Of a stretch of 27,791 bases of DNA, positions 15,452 to 24,339 are shown in pieces. Position 1 is the stretch's first letter. Every line of letters begins with the position of its first letter. Below the pieces are notes generated by a model, which was given only the letters and a program-made list of their open reading frames with translations, searched no databases and was not told the DNA's origin. The DNA is from a virus. Lineage: Duplodnaviria; Heunggongvirae; Uroviricota; Caudoviricetes. The position numbers and the translations under genes were made by a program. The stretch is from the IMG/VR virus record IMGVR_UViG_3300043425_000245. One strand, 5' to 3'.

Positions 15452-16852
15452 ATGAAACTCGCTAAAAACATCATCCTCAACACTGACAGCTACAAAGTCA
15501 GCATGATGAAACAATATCCCGCTGGTACAACTGGCATCTACTCTTACATCGAATCACGTGGTGGTCGCTACGATCAAACCCTGTTCTTCGGTCTCCAAGC
15601 CTTCATTAAGGAGTACTTACTTGAGCCAATTACCCAAGCCGACATTGATGTTGCAGATGAAATTCTTACAGCCCACGGTGAACCATTTAATCGTGAAGCG
15701 TGGCAATACATCCTTGATCAGCACCAAGGTTTCTTACCTTTGGTCATTCGTGCTGTACCTGAAGGCACTGTGGTGCCTGTCAAAAATGTACTGGCGACTA
15801 TCGAGAACACAGACCCAGAATGTTTCTGGTTGACAACTTGGCTTGAGACTGCCTTGCTTCGCGCAGTTTGGTATCCTACCACTGTGGCCACTCAGTCCAA
15901 AACTATCAAAAACATTATCAAAGAATATTTGGAGAAGACTGGTGACCCTGCTGGTATTGATTTTAAGTTGCATGATTTCGGTGCCCGTGGTGTTTCAAGT
16001 ATGGAATCTGCGGGGATTGGTGGCGCAGCGCACTTGGTTAATTTTATGGGTAGTGACACTATCACTGGTGTCCTTTATGCTCGTGAGTATTACAGCGCTG
16101 GTGTTGCAGGTTTCTCAATTCCAGCCGCAGAACACAGCACCATTACCAGCTGGGGTCGTGCAGGTGAAGTAGAAGCATACCGTAACATGCTGAAGCAATT
16201 CGGTCGTGAAGGTTCTATCTTGGCAGTTGTGAGTGACTCATATGACATCTTTAATGCAGCAAGCAAACTCTGGGGTGAAGAACTCAAGGAAGAGGTTATC
16301 GCCTCTGGTGCGACAGTGGTTATCCGACCCGACTCTGGTGATCCTGTTGAAGTTAATATGAAGTTGATTGAGATTTTAGGAGCAAAGTTTGGATACACTA
16401 CAAACGCAAAAGGATTCAAAGTCCTCAATAACGTTCGCCTCATCCAAGGGGACGGTGTCAATGAGTTATCCATCCGCTCTATCCTTGGGGCACTCACTGC
16501 AATGGGATGGTCAGCAGACAATATTGCATTCGGTATGGGCGGTGCCTTGCTCCAACAAATTGATCGAGACACACAACGATTCGCAATGAAGTGTTCGGCT
16601 GCATTGATCAATGGTACTTGGGTTGACGTTCAGAAAGATCCTATCACTGACGCTGGTAAGAAGTCTAAAGCTGGTCGTGTTACCCTTTGGACTAACTCTG
16701 GTGGTGAGTTCGCTTCTGGCGTAACTGCTCCAACTGGTTGGTCTGACAAAGGTATCGGTGGTTGGTCTAATGCTTTGGTGCCAGTCTACTGGAATGGTAA
16801 CTTGAGCAAGGATTACACCTTCGAGGAAGTCCGAGCCAACTCTAACAAGTAA
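15452..16852 (+). CDS. nadV: Nicotinamide phosphoribosyltransferase (NAMPT)
   Basis: TDSYK, LHDFGARG, SIPAAEHST, VVSDSYD, IRPDSGDP, IQGDG, FGMGG, KDPITD. Confidence 0.95.
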   Translation: MKLAKNIILNTDSYKVSMMKQYPAGTTGIYSYIESRGGRYDQTLFFGLQAFIKEYLLEPITQADIDVADEILTAHGEPFNREAWQYILDQHQGFLPLVIRAVPEGTVVPVKNVLATIENTDPECFWLTTWLETALLRAVWYPTTVATQSKTIKNIIKEYLEKTGDPAGIDFKLHDFGARGVSSMESAGIGGAAHLVNFMGSDTITGVLYAREYYSAGVAGFSIPAAEHSTITSWGRAGEVEAYRNMLKQFGREGSILAVVSDSYDIFNAASKLWGEELKEEVIASGATVVIRPDSGDPVEVNMKLIEILGAKFGYTTNAKGFKVLNNVRLIQGDGVNELSIRSILGALTAMGWSADNIAFGMGGALLQQIDRDTQRFAMKCSAALINGTWVDVQKDPITDAGKKSKAGRVTLWTNSGGEFASGVTAPTGWSDKGIGGWSNALVPVYWNGNLSKDYTFEEVRANSNK

Positions 16853-16876
16853 ACTTTAGTATTACAAAAATACCCC

Positions 16877-16905
16877 TTGACTTTAATTAAGTCTTGGGGT
16901 ATAAT
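16877..16905 (+). promoter_or_regulatory. Sigma70-type promoter with predicted leaderless start
   Basis: TTGACT-17-TATAAT; ATG at the predicted +1 (16912). Confidence 0.85.
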
Positions 16906-16911
16906 CATTAT

Positions 16912-17076
16912 ATGAAGACGATAAAAGAAATCAACTTAGAACTGCAAGAAGCTACCGAAGCTGAACGTCAGGCTCAACTTGACGACGAGTATCAGGAATT
17001 CGTAGAGTGGTTGTATTATTGTTGGACGTGTGATCAAATGGAACAAGAATTGGAATTGTATAATGAACTCGGTTGA
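16912..17076 (+). CDS. Small acidic hypothetical protein, leaderless
   Basis: MKTIKEINLELQEA...; the track's TTG 16894 lies inside the promoter. Confidence 0.7.
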   Translation: MKTIKEINLELQEATEAERQAQLDDEYQEFVEWLYYCWTCDQMEQELELYNELG

Positions 17077-17332
17077 AGTAGAGATTATGGATATTGCGCA
17101 AGAAGAATGCGCAGAAGTGGTTGTGGCAATCAGTAAGATTCACCGTTTCGGTATCGACAACTACAAGCCAGGAAAGCCAAAGACTAATCGTGAGCACCTT
17201 GAAGAAGAAATCGGTGACTTGGTTTGTATGTTTGACCTGATGCGCGAAAAGGGTTTGATTTGTTGGGATAATGTGATTGATGCCTCAGAAAAGAAACGTG
17301 AAAAACTCGCTCAATGGAGTAACATTGTATGA
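17063..17332 (+). CDS. MazG-like NTP pyrophosphohydrolase
   Basis: QEECAEV...HLEEEIGDL acidic motifs. Confidence 0.75.
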   Translation: MNSVEVEIMDIAQEECAEVVVAISKIHRFGIDNYKPGKPKTNREHLEEEIGDLVCMFDLMREKGLICWDNVIDASEKKREKLAQWSNIV

Positions 17333-17505
17333 GCCTCCGTGAATTGATGACTGAGTATATCCTGTTTGCTTTCACCCCTGAGCAACTGATGGAAAAGTTT
17401 ATGATTGCAGAACACGAACTGAAAGAAATTTCAGACGAAGACCTGCTAGAAGTATATGATAAAACCCTCTTGACGGAGATTGAAAGTGACTATTCGTTGG
17501 ATTGA
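17329..17505 (+). CDS. Small acidic hypothetical protein (58 aa)
   Basis: ATGA overlap with the upstream stop; MSLRELMTEYILFAFTPEQ... Confidence 0.65.
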   Translation: MSLRELMTEYILFAFTPEQLMEKFMIAEHELKEISDEDLLEVYDKTLLTEIESDYSLD

Positions 17506-17986
17506 AAATGTGAGCCGTGATTCGGTGAGAAATGGTTTCCACTACGATTGTGGTGAGAACTCCATGCTCATCCAGATCTCGGATCCGCCAGGAGATCACC
17601 CAAAGCCTAAGTATGCATTCAAAGAAGTCCACCAGTTTGACTTCCTTGATGCTGAAGACGCTGACGGGTTTGATGACGACTTCAAAATCAGCCAAGAACA
17701 AGCTGATGAGATTGTGCGTTTACTTCAACATGCTTTGGCTAACTCTATGAACGTTGTTGTTCACTGCCACGCTGGTATCTGCCGCTCAGGTGCTGTGGTT
17801 GAAGTTGCCACCATGATGGGGTTTACTGCGACTGATCGTTTCCGTCAACCTAATCTACGTGTGAAGCACCGTATGATGAAAGCCCTTGGTTTGACTTATG
17901 ATAGTGATGAGCCAAAGACTTCCGTTGGTGGTTGGTTATCTGACGGTGGTGTTTGGCTTCCTGACAATTTTGAAGGTGATGTATGA
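17480..17986 (+). CDS. Protein tyrosine/dual-specificity phosphatase-like (CX5R)
   Basis: VVVHCHAGICRS P-loop; start may be GTG 17486. Confidence 0.85.
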   Translation: MKVTIRWIENVSRDSVRNGFHYDCGENSMLIQISDPPGDHPKPKYAFKEVHQFDFLDAEDADGFDDDFKISQEQADEIVRLLQHALANSMNVVVHCHAGICRSGAVVEVATMMGFTATDRFRQPNLRVKHRMMKALGLTYDSDEPKTSVGGWLSDGGVWLPDNFEGDV

Positions 17987-18174
17987 ATGAACCCACCCAT
18001 GCCGAACTGATGGCACTCTGGAACGTTTGTAAAGAATTTGTTCACAGATTAGAGATCTCTTGCCCTGAAGCTATCTACCAATCCGATGAGTGTTGGGAAA
18101 AAGCACCCCAGTTGGTGGAGAGCGTTTGCGAAGTTGTTGGTTATCACCAGTACGAGGATGAAGATGAAAGTTGA
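17983..18174 (+). CDS. Hypothetical protein
   Basis: 63 aa, ATGA coupling to the upstream gene. Confidence 0.7.
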   Translation: MNEPTHAELMALWNVCKEFVHRLEISCPEAIYQSDECWEKAPQLVESVCEVVGYHQYEDEDES

Positions 18175-18472
18175 AGATCTAAAAATCGCAATGCAGTATG
18201 CGAAAGATGATTCTGAAGTTATGATCGCGATTGAACTTCCATACATTACTGTTGGTGCAATACCAATGGTTGCAGTCAAGAGTGCAACAAGTGGCTTTGA
18301 CTGGGAGAATGGTAAATTCATTATCCGTCCAGTTGAAGACCTAGCACCTGCCAATCGTGACTTTGGTTTAATGATGAAAACTATGCAGGATAAACTTGGT
18401 TGGGCTGAATACGAAAACCGCAACCTCAAAGCTGAAGTTAAACTTCTAAAGGCTAAACTGAATGCAAGTTGA
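18164..18472 (+). CDS. Hypothetical protein
   Basis: ATG 18164 with GAGG SD; C-terminal coiled coil. Confidence 0.7.
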   Translation: MKVEDLKIAMQYAKDDSEVMIAIELPYITVGAIPMVAVKSATSGFDWENGKFIIRPVEDLAPANRDFGLMMKTMQDKLGWAEYENRNLKAEVKLLKAKLNAS

Positions 18473-18635
18473 TTTTGTTATTGAAGATCGTGAAATGATT
18501 ATCCAAGCCGTCTTTGACGGCATTCTTGGAGCCGAGCATATCACCACCCAAGAACTCGATGAAATAGAGGAATACCTCTTTGAAGAAATCTGCGATCGAC
18601 AAACTCCCTTCGCGTGTTGGGAAACTCTTCAATAG
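18462..18635 (+). CDS. Small acidic hypothetical protein (57 aa)
   Basis: MQVDFVIEDREMIIQAVFDG...; fills the gap up to the next promoter. Confidence 0.6.
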   Translation: MQVDFVIEDREMIIQAVFDGILGAEHITTQELDEIEEYLFEEICDRQTPFACWETLQ

Positions 18636-18664
18636 TTGACTTACAAGAACTTATCAGGTATAAT
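18636..18664 (+). promoter_or_regulatory. Sigma70-type promoter with predicted leaderless start
   Basis: TTGACT-17-TATAAT; ATG at the predicted +1 (18671). Confidence 0.82.
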
Positions 18665-18670
18665 TATATC

Positions 18671-19006
18671 ATGCAAGTTATTCATACATCATTCAAAAAG
18701 CGCAAAGCCAAGAAACCTACTGCCAAGCAACGCGAGTTGGATGCCTCTTGGGCGAAGCTACTAAAGAAGTACGAAACCAAACCTGTCACCAAAACAGTAA
18801 AGCCTATTGCACAACCAAAACCATTCATCCGCGAGACTCCAAAGTTTCCATCGTTGAATACTGGCTATCACGATTGTACAAAGAAAGCTACACCTGTTTA
18901 CACTGGAGACAAAATTAAAGGTATTGGTACAATGCACAAGTCCAATGCTGTTCCAATCTTCTCTGATGAACAAGCTATTGAAATTGCCACAATGCGTAGA
19001 AACTAA
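18671..19006 (+). CDS. Basic conserved T4-like hypothetical protein, leaderless
   Basis: Lys-rich; YTG...GIGTMHKSNAVP motif recalled from T4-like phages. Confidence 0.8.
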   Translation: MQVIHTSFKKRKAKKPTAKQRELDASWAKLLKKYETKPVTKTVKPIAQPKPFIRETPKFPSLNTGYHDCTKKATPVYTGDKIKGIGTMHKSNAVPIFSDEQAIEIATMRRN

Positions 19007-20529
19007 TGAACCACTGTCTGCTTTTTAATATAGTGACGATTGATAGGCTTGCATCAAACAGAACAAATGGTGTGTATCGCGTTGCTCATATTCTTAGACA
19101 GAACAACTGGGATGTTGAAGTTATTGATTTTGCGTTAGACTGGTCGCTTGATGAATTAAAAGCTATTGCAAACAGCCGTGTTACAAGCAACACAAAGTTC
19201 TTTGGAACAAGTCATATTTTTGGATGGTGGGAACCTTCCATGGATGTATTCTTCCAATGGGCAAAAGATAAATGGGGTATCAAAGTTATCAGTGGAAGCT
19301 CGACGAATCCTTTGTACAACTCGTCAACCATTGATTATTATATACAAGGCTTTGGTGAGAATGCTATTCTGGCTGTTTTGAAGTGGTTATTTAGTAATGG
19401 TGAACGTCCTAGATTTTGGTACAATACTGGAAAGCGTATTCTAAACGCAAACGTTGAATATCCAGCGCTGCCAATGAAAGACTTGACGGTGTTGTATGAA
19501 GCAAGAGATTTTATACAACCAGAAGAATGGTTATCTGTTGAGTTTGCTAGAGGTTGCCTGTTCAAGTGCGATTTTTGTAATTTTCCATTACTTGGTGTAA
19601 AAGAAGACACAAGCCGTGACGCAGATAATTTTGACTTGGAAATGAGAATCAATTATGATAAGTGGGGTGTAGAGAACTATACTGTATCGGATGAAACGTT
19701 CAATGACAGGCCAAGTAAAATATCCAAGTTTGCTGACGTTGTAGAAAAGTTACCATTTGAACCTTTCTTCTCTGGCTTTGTTAGAGCCGACCTGTTAGTG
19801 AACCGATCAAAGGATCGAATTGATCTTGCTCGTATGAACTTTCGTGGTCACCACTATGGCGTTGAATCTTTCAACCATGCATCTGCTTCTTCAGTTGGTA
19901 AGAAGTTTGATAGTGAAAAATTGAAAGCTGGTTTAATTGAAGTGCGAAAGTATTTCAAAGAAACTGGTAATGGATTGTTTCGTGGTACTTTGAGTTTGAT
20001 TGTAGGTCTTCCGCATGAAACCTTTGATACCTTACTTGATACAAGGCAATGGTTGATTAACAACTGGAATGGTGAGTCGCTGGTGATTTATCCCTTGTTA
20101 ATTCCTAATCATGAATTAGAAGAGCCTTCAGCAATGAGCGATTATACAAAGTGGGGTTATCGTTTGATGGATGCTCAAGAGTATTCCAAAAGACTATCCA
20201 CTATTGATAACGAGTTTCATTGGAAACATTTTGGCCATGAAGGTTTGCAGTATAAAGAAACACCGTGGGCTCATGATAACATGAACATTCTTGATGCTAG
20301 AGAGTTTATCTTTGAACACTTTTATAATGAAAAGTTTTTTAAAGAAATGAATTATCTGACTGCTAATTATGACATGGGTTCGTTTGGATATGGTAAGAAG
20401 AATGTACAACAAAGGTTAAACTCAGTTGCTACAAGAGCCATGTACTATAACCCAAGCGATGCTTTTATGTTTGACACAACTAAAAGGCTTTTTGTAGAGA
20501 ATTATAAACAAAGGAAATTATCATTATGA
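19006..20529 (+). CDS. Cobalamin-binding-domain radical SAM enzyme (class B-like)
   Basis: N-terminal GVYRVAHILRQ..WDVEVID...GS...GFGE; CLFKCDFC (CxxxCxxC); DETF, GVES, IVGLPHET. Confidence 0.88.
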   Translation: MNHCLLFNIVTIDRLASNRTNGVYRVAHILRQNNWDVEVIDFALDWSLDELKAIANSRVTSNTKFFGTSHIFGWWEPSMDVFFQWAKDKWGIKVISGSSTNPLYNSSTIDYYIQGFGENAILAVLKWLFSNGERPRFWYNTGKRILNANVEYPALPMKDLTVLYEARDFIQPEEWLSVEFARGCLFKCDFCNFPLLGVKEDTSRDADNFDLEMRINYDKWGVENYTVSDETFNDRPSKISKFADVVEKLPFEPFFSGFVRADLLVNRSKDRIDLARMNFRGHHYGVESFNHASASSVGKKFDSEKLKAGLIEVRKYFKETGNGLFRGTLSLIVGLPHETFDTLLDTRQWLINNWNGESLVIYPLLIPNHELEEPSAMSDYTKWGYRLMDAQEYSKRLSTIDNEFHWKHFGHEGLQYKETPWAHDNMNILDAREFIFEHFYNEKFFKEMNYLTANYDMGSFGYGKKNVQQRLNSVATRAMYYNPSDAFMFDTTKRLFVENYKQRKLSL

Positions 20530-20714
20530 GTTACCCACACAAAATTACTGTTCAAGAAATCCCTGTACCAGCTGGGACAATCCAAACGCTGATTACAACA
20601 GATTATGGAACTTATGAAACTAACCATAAGTTCTTTGCAACCCCAGAAGAATTCCTTTCTTTCTGGAAACCGTTAGTTGATCATTATGAAAGAGTGAAAA
20701 ATGACAGAAGTTAA
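20526..20714 (+). CDS. Hypothetical protein
   Basis: 62 aa, overlaps both neighbours. Confidence 0.65.
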   Translation: MSYPHKITVQEIPVPAGTIQTLITTDYGTYETNHKFFATPEEFLSFWKPLVDHYERVKNDRS

Positions 20715-21018
20715 ACAACCGTTGGGTACTGACCCTGAATTTCAAACTTGGCTAAGAGGATTACTACACGATGAGCTCACAACAGATTTGTGCGTTACTT
20801 TCACCAAAAAAGATGGCAGCGAACGAGAGATGTACTGTACCCTCTCAGAATCCCGCATACCCGCAGACAAGCAACCAAAGTCAGGGGTGGAGGAAGCGAC
20901 AAATAGCACGACTGGTGGATCCGCTCTACGTGTCTTCGACACCGTCACAAACGAATGGAGATCCTTCCGTTGGGACTCTATCAAAAACGTAACATTTTCT
21001 ATTGGAGAAACAAAATGA
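20701..21018 (+). CDS. WYL_2 / Sm-like SH3-barrel phage protein
   Basis: VTFTKKDGSEREMYCTL...VFD....WRSFRWDS pattern. Confidence 0.7.
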   Translation: MTEVKQPLGTDPEFQTWLRGLLHDELTTDLCVTFTKKDGSEREMYCTLSESRIPADKQPKSGVEEATNSTTGGSALRVFDTVTNEWRSFRWDSIKNVTFSIGETK

Positions 21019-21206
21019 ATAAAGGTATGATTGTAATCGGCGTGGTTGTCCTCGCTGCTTTGATGATTATTTGCGGACCACTTGCCGCAATTTGGGCACT
21101 GAACACACTATTCCCAGCGCTGGCCATTCCATACACTTTGGAAACTTGGCTTGCCGCTTTTATTATCCCAGCTGTATTTAAAACAGAAGTGAGTTTCAAG
21201 AAATGA
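21015..21206 (+). CDS. Small membrane protein
   Basis: ATG 21015 with SD GGAG; two hydrophobic segments. Confidence 0.72.
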   Translation: MNKGMIVIGVVVLAALMIICGPLAAIWALNTLFPALAIPYTLETWLAAFIIPAVFKTEVSFKK

Positions 21207-21469
21207 GTATGTTTTCCACTGAACAAGATCGTAAGAAATTTATGGGAGCAATTCAAGAGTTGAGTAACTCTATGCTCCGTATCGAAGCTGAACGTGATTT
21301 GATTCGCGAAATCGTTAAGGAAAAGTCAGACGAATTCAAGATTAGTAAGAAAATCATTAATAAGATCGCAAAAACATACCATAAACAGAACCGTACTCAG
21401 GTGGAAGCCGAGCATGAAGAGTTTATGGAGATCTACGACGAAGCTACTACAACGCAAAAAACCGCTTGA
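21203..21469 (+). CDS. dsbA: T4 DsbA-like dsDNA-binding protein
   Basis: YHKQNRTQVEAEHEEFMEIYD resembles the T4 DsbA C-terminus; near rnh as in T4. Confidence 0.78.
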   Translation: MSMFSTEQDRKKFMGAIQELSNSMLRIEAERDLIREIVKEKSDEFKISKKIINKIAKTYHKQNRTQVEAEHEEFMEIYDEATTTQKTA

Positions 21470-21494
21470 CTTTAATTAGGAAATAGGGTATAAT
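21466..21494 (+). promoter_or_regulatory. Sigma70-type promoter
   Basis: TTGACT-TTAATTAGGAAATAGGG-TATAAT. Confidence 0.85.
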
Positions 21495-21521
21495 TATTCT
21501 ATAACTTGGAGGATTTATCCT

Positions 21522-22643
21522 ATGGCTACTGCCGCAAAACGACAAAAACTAATTGAAAAAGCCGAGCGCATGAGCAAGGGTGTCGAAGTTACTTTGACCG
21601 AAGACAATTATAAGTCTGACTTGCTCCGTGCGTTGAATTACTACAACACGAATCACGACGACAAAGATAAGAAGAAGTGGTTCATCAGCCATTATGCCAA
21701 AGTCGATAAGAAGACTGCAGTTGAAATGTTAAAGGTTGATGAATACCACTTCCGATATGCTGGTATCTTGGCACGTCTTCAAGAAGGTGGTTCTGCTCTT
21801 CAAGAGAAAGAACTTAACTTCTTCAATGAGCGTGTTGCATTCTTGAAAGAACAGATCGGCTCTCGTCAAAAGTCTCAAGACAAAGCCGATAAGAAAGCTG
21901 CTGCAACTGCTGCTTTGGTTGCTGCCCAACCTTCTATCCAACAACGCATGGATGACAAGGCTCACGAACTAGCAGGTGAAATTGAGGGAGCAATTGATGA
22001 CTTCATCATCAATAAGAAATCAGACTTCTCGACGAAGGGTTATCTGGCATCGAATAACGTGTCCGCCCCAATCGCAAAACGCATTGGAGAGTTCTTTGTC
22101 TCAACCGCAGCAGAACTGCGCGAAGCCCTTGCTGGAGACGACAAACAACTCGTCGAAGGATACAGTCATCTCACCAAACGAGAACTGAAGAAGTTCGCTG
22201 AGTTTGTTGAACAGATTATCAGTGACTGTAACCAAGCAGTTCAAACTGCCAAGGCTACTCGTGCACCTCGTGCTCGTAAAGCTGTACCACTGTCTAAGCA
22301 AGTTGCTAAGGTCAAGTACATGAAAGAATTCGCTGAACTGAAACTGAAGTCAGTGAAGCCTGAAGATATGATTGGTGCCAAAGAAGTTTGGATATACAAT
22401 ACCAAGTATCGTAAGGTTCAAGTGTACAAGGCTGATTCTGGTCTTGCTGTTAAGGGTACAACCCTGATCGGCTTCGACGTTGTAGAATCTAAGTCTATGA
22501 CCCTGCGCAAACCTGAAGACTTCTTCAAAGGGTTGGCAATGACTAAGCGTCCTCTGAATGCAGCATTCAAGACTTTGAAAACTAAACCTGCGGCACCGAA
22601 TGGTCGCATCAATGAGGAATGTATTATCCTCGGAGCATTTTAA
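21522..22643 (+). CDS. Conserved T4-like hypothetical protein (373 aa)
   Basis: SD GGAGG; ends TLRKP...NGRINEECIIL; coupled to rnh. Confidence 0.85.
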   Translation: MATAAKRQKLIEKAERMSKGVEVTLTEDNYKSDLLRALNYYNTNHDDKDKKKWFISHYAKVDKKTAVEMLKVDEYHFRYAGILARLQEGGSALQEKELNFFNERVAFLKEQIGSRQKSQDKADKKAAATAALVAAQPSIQQRMDDKAHELAGEIEGAIDDFIINKKSDFSTKGYLASNNVSAPIAKRIGEFFVSTAAELREALAGDDKQLVEGYSHLTKRELKKFAEFVEQIISDCNQAVQTAKATRAPRARKAVPLSKQVAKVKYMKEFAELKLKSVKPEDMIGAKEVWIYNTKYRKVQVYKADSGLAVKGTTLIGFDVVESKSMTLRKPEDFFKGLAMTKRPLNAAFKTLKTKPAAPNGRINEECIILGAF

Positions 22644-23548
22644 TGATTCTCGTAGATTATTCACAAGTTGCTTTGGCAACTATCCTAACATTCCAACGAG
22701 AGTTGAAAGGTACTGAAGCAGAAGTCAAGAACCTTATTCGTCACGTTGTTCTGTCCACCATCAAGTCTTACAAGAAGAAGTATGGTAAAGAATACGGTCA
22801 GATTGTAATCGCAACTGACGGTCGTAAGTACTGGCGCAAAGAAGTGTTTGAACATTACAAAGCCAGTCGCAAGAAAGCACGTGATGCTTCTGACCTAGAT
22901 TGGAAATTAATCTTTGACACCATGTCTGAGATTCGCGATGACCTCGCTGTGTATTTCCCATACAAGGTTATCAAGTACGACCGTGCTGAAGCCGACGACA
23001 TCATTGCTGTGTTGACTGAGTACGTTCAGACCCACGAGTTGATCCAAGAAGGTTTGATGGAAGAAGCTCAGAAGGTTTTGATCTTGTCGTCTGATAAAGA
23101 TTTCAAACAACTCCAGCTGGCACCTTACTCGTCTGGTAACGTGAAGCAATGGTCACCGATGGTTAAGAAGTTTATCACTGCAACGAAGCAAGAGATTCTA
23201 GACTTTACCATTGAGCATATCGTCAAGGGTGACGCTGGTGACGGTGTACCAAACATTCTTTCTAAGGATGATGTGTTTGTAGTTGGCGAGCGTCAGAAAC
23301 CTGTAAGTGCTAAGAGGCTCGCTGAGTTTTATGAGAAGGGCATTGATGCCTGCCGCAATGATGAAGAACGTAGAAATTGGCAACGCAACGCTACTCTGGT
23401 TGCTTTTGATAACATTCCGAAAGATGTCAAAGACGCGATCATCGAGGCTTACCTAAATAGCAAACCCACGAACGATAAAATGAAGATTATGAACTATCTG
23501 ATTGAACATCGTTGCCGTTTGTTACTAGATGAACTTGAGGACTTTTAA
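22643..23548 (+). CDS. rnh: T4 RNase H (5'-3' exonuclease, FEN-like)
   Basis: MILVDYSQ, YWRK..F..YKASR, EADDII, SSDKDFKQL, KGDAGDGVPN. Confidence 0.95.
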   Translation: MILVDYSQVALATILTFQRELKGTEAEVKNLIRHVVLSTIKSYKKKYGKEYGQIVIATDGRKYWRKEVFEHYKASRKKARDASDLDWKLIFDTMSEIRDDLAVYFPYKVIKYDRAEADDIIAVLTEYVQTHELIQEGLMEEAQKVLILSSDKDFKQLQLAPYSSGNVKQWSPMVKKFITATKQEILDFTIEHIVKGDAGDGVPNILSKDDVFVVGERQKPVSAKRLAEFYEKGIDACRNDEERRNWQRNATLVAFDNIPKDVKDAIIEAYLNSKPTNDKMKIMNYLIEHRCRLLLDELEDF

Positions 23549-23973
23549 TGAGAAAATATGTTACAGAGATGTTGAAGGATATCAATGAGGATCCTTCTAA
23601 GATTGAGTTGTATAAAGAAGATGCAGCACTAAGAATTATCCTTATGCACGCATTTGTGCCACAGAAGAAGTTTATTCTTCCAGAAGGTGAACCACCATAC
23701 AAGCCATCTGCTGAACCAATGGGTATGACGCCGACTAACCTGTTCACTGAACTGCGTCGTATGTACGTCTTTTTACGTGAAGATTTGACCCCTCTCAAAC
23801 GAGAGAGTCTTTTTATCTCTCTTCTAGAAGGTGTCCATCCCGAAGAAGCGAAGATGTTGATCGCCGTAAAAGACCAAGAATTGCACAAATTATACCCGAA
23901 AATCAACAGAAAGCTGCTAGAGAAGGCAGGGCTGTTGACTCCGAAGGCTAAAAAAGATCAAGAAAACGCTTGA
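23548..23973 (+). CDS. Conserved T4-like hypothetical protein
   Basis: LPEGEPPY, KRESLFISLLEGVHPEEAKMLIAVKD motif. Confidence 0.82.
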   Translation: MRKYVTEMLKDINEDPSKIELYKEDAALRIILMHAFVPQKKFILPEGEPPYKPSAEPMGMTPTNLFTELRRMYVFLREDLTPLKRESLFISLLEGVHPEEAKMLIAVKDQELHKLYPKINRKLLEKAGLLTPKAKKDQENA

Positions 23974-23998
23974 CTTTAATTCCAACTTATGGTATAAT
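23970..23998 (+). promoter_or_regulatory. Sigma70-type promoter
   Basis: TTGACT-TTAATT...GG-TATAAT. Confidence 0.85.
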
Positions 23999-24027
23999 AT
24001 AAGTATGGAAAGTTAAAAAGGGTTGTT

Positions 24028-24324
24028 ATGAAACGAGCGATAGTGTTATCCCTGTTTGTTAGTACCAGTGCCATGGCTCTAGACTTTCAAACAGAATGGG
24101 CTAAGTTTGCTGATGATTTTGTTAAACTGAAACCAAAGGTGAATGTTACAGTAGATGTACCGAAAGTCGGTAGCGTCTCTGTTGAAGATGGCGAAGTTAA
24201 GAAGGTTGACCCCAAGTCGCCTGATCGACTAGGTTATTCTCTTCAGGATCCCAAACTACGTGAGCGTGTAACCTCGCTCTACCAAAAACCTGACACTGTC
24301 GTTTACTCTACCACAATTCGTTAA
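24028..24324 (+). CDS. Small exported protein
   Basis: Signal peptide MKRAIVLSLFVSTSAMA. Confidence 0.78.
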   Translation: MKRAIVLSLFVSTSAMALDFQTEWAKFADDFVKLKPKVNVTVDVPKVGSVSVEDGEVKKVDPKSPDRLGYSLQDPKLRERVTSLYQKPDTVVYSTTIR

Positions 24325-24339
24325 TCGGAGATTTATATT

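Noticed and set aside
14523-16611. Several alternative-frame and antisense ORFs within nadM and nadV
   Set aside because: Expected shadows of biased codon usage in long conserved enzymes; no start signals.
23454-23460. CTAAATA near the end of rnh as a late promoter
   Set aside because: Inside coding sequence; such AT-rich heptamers arise by chance.
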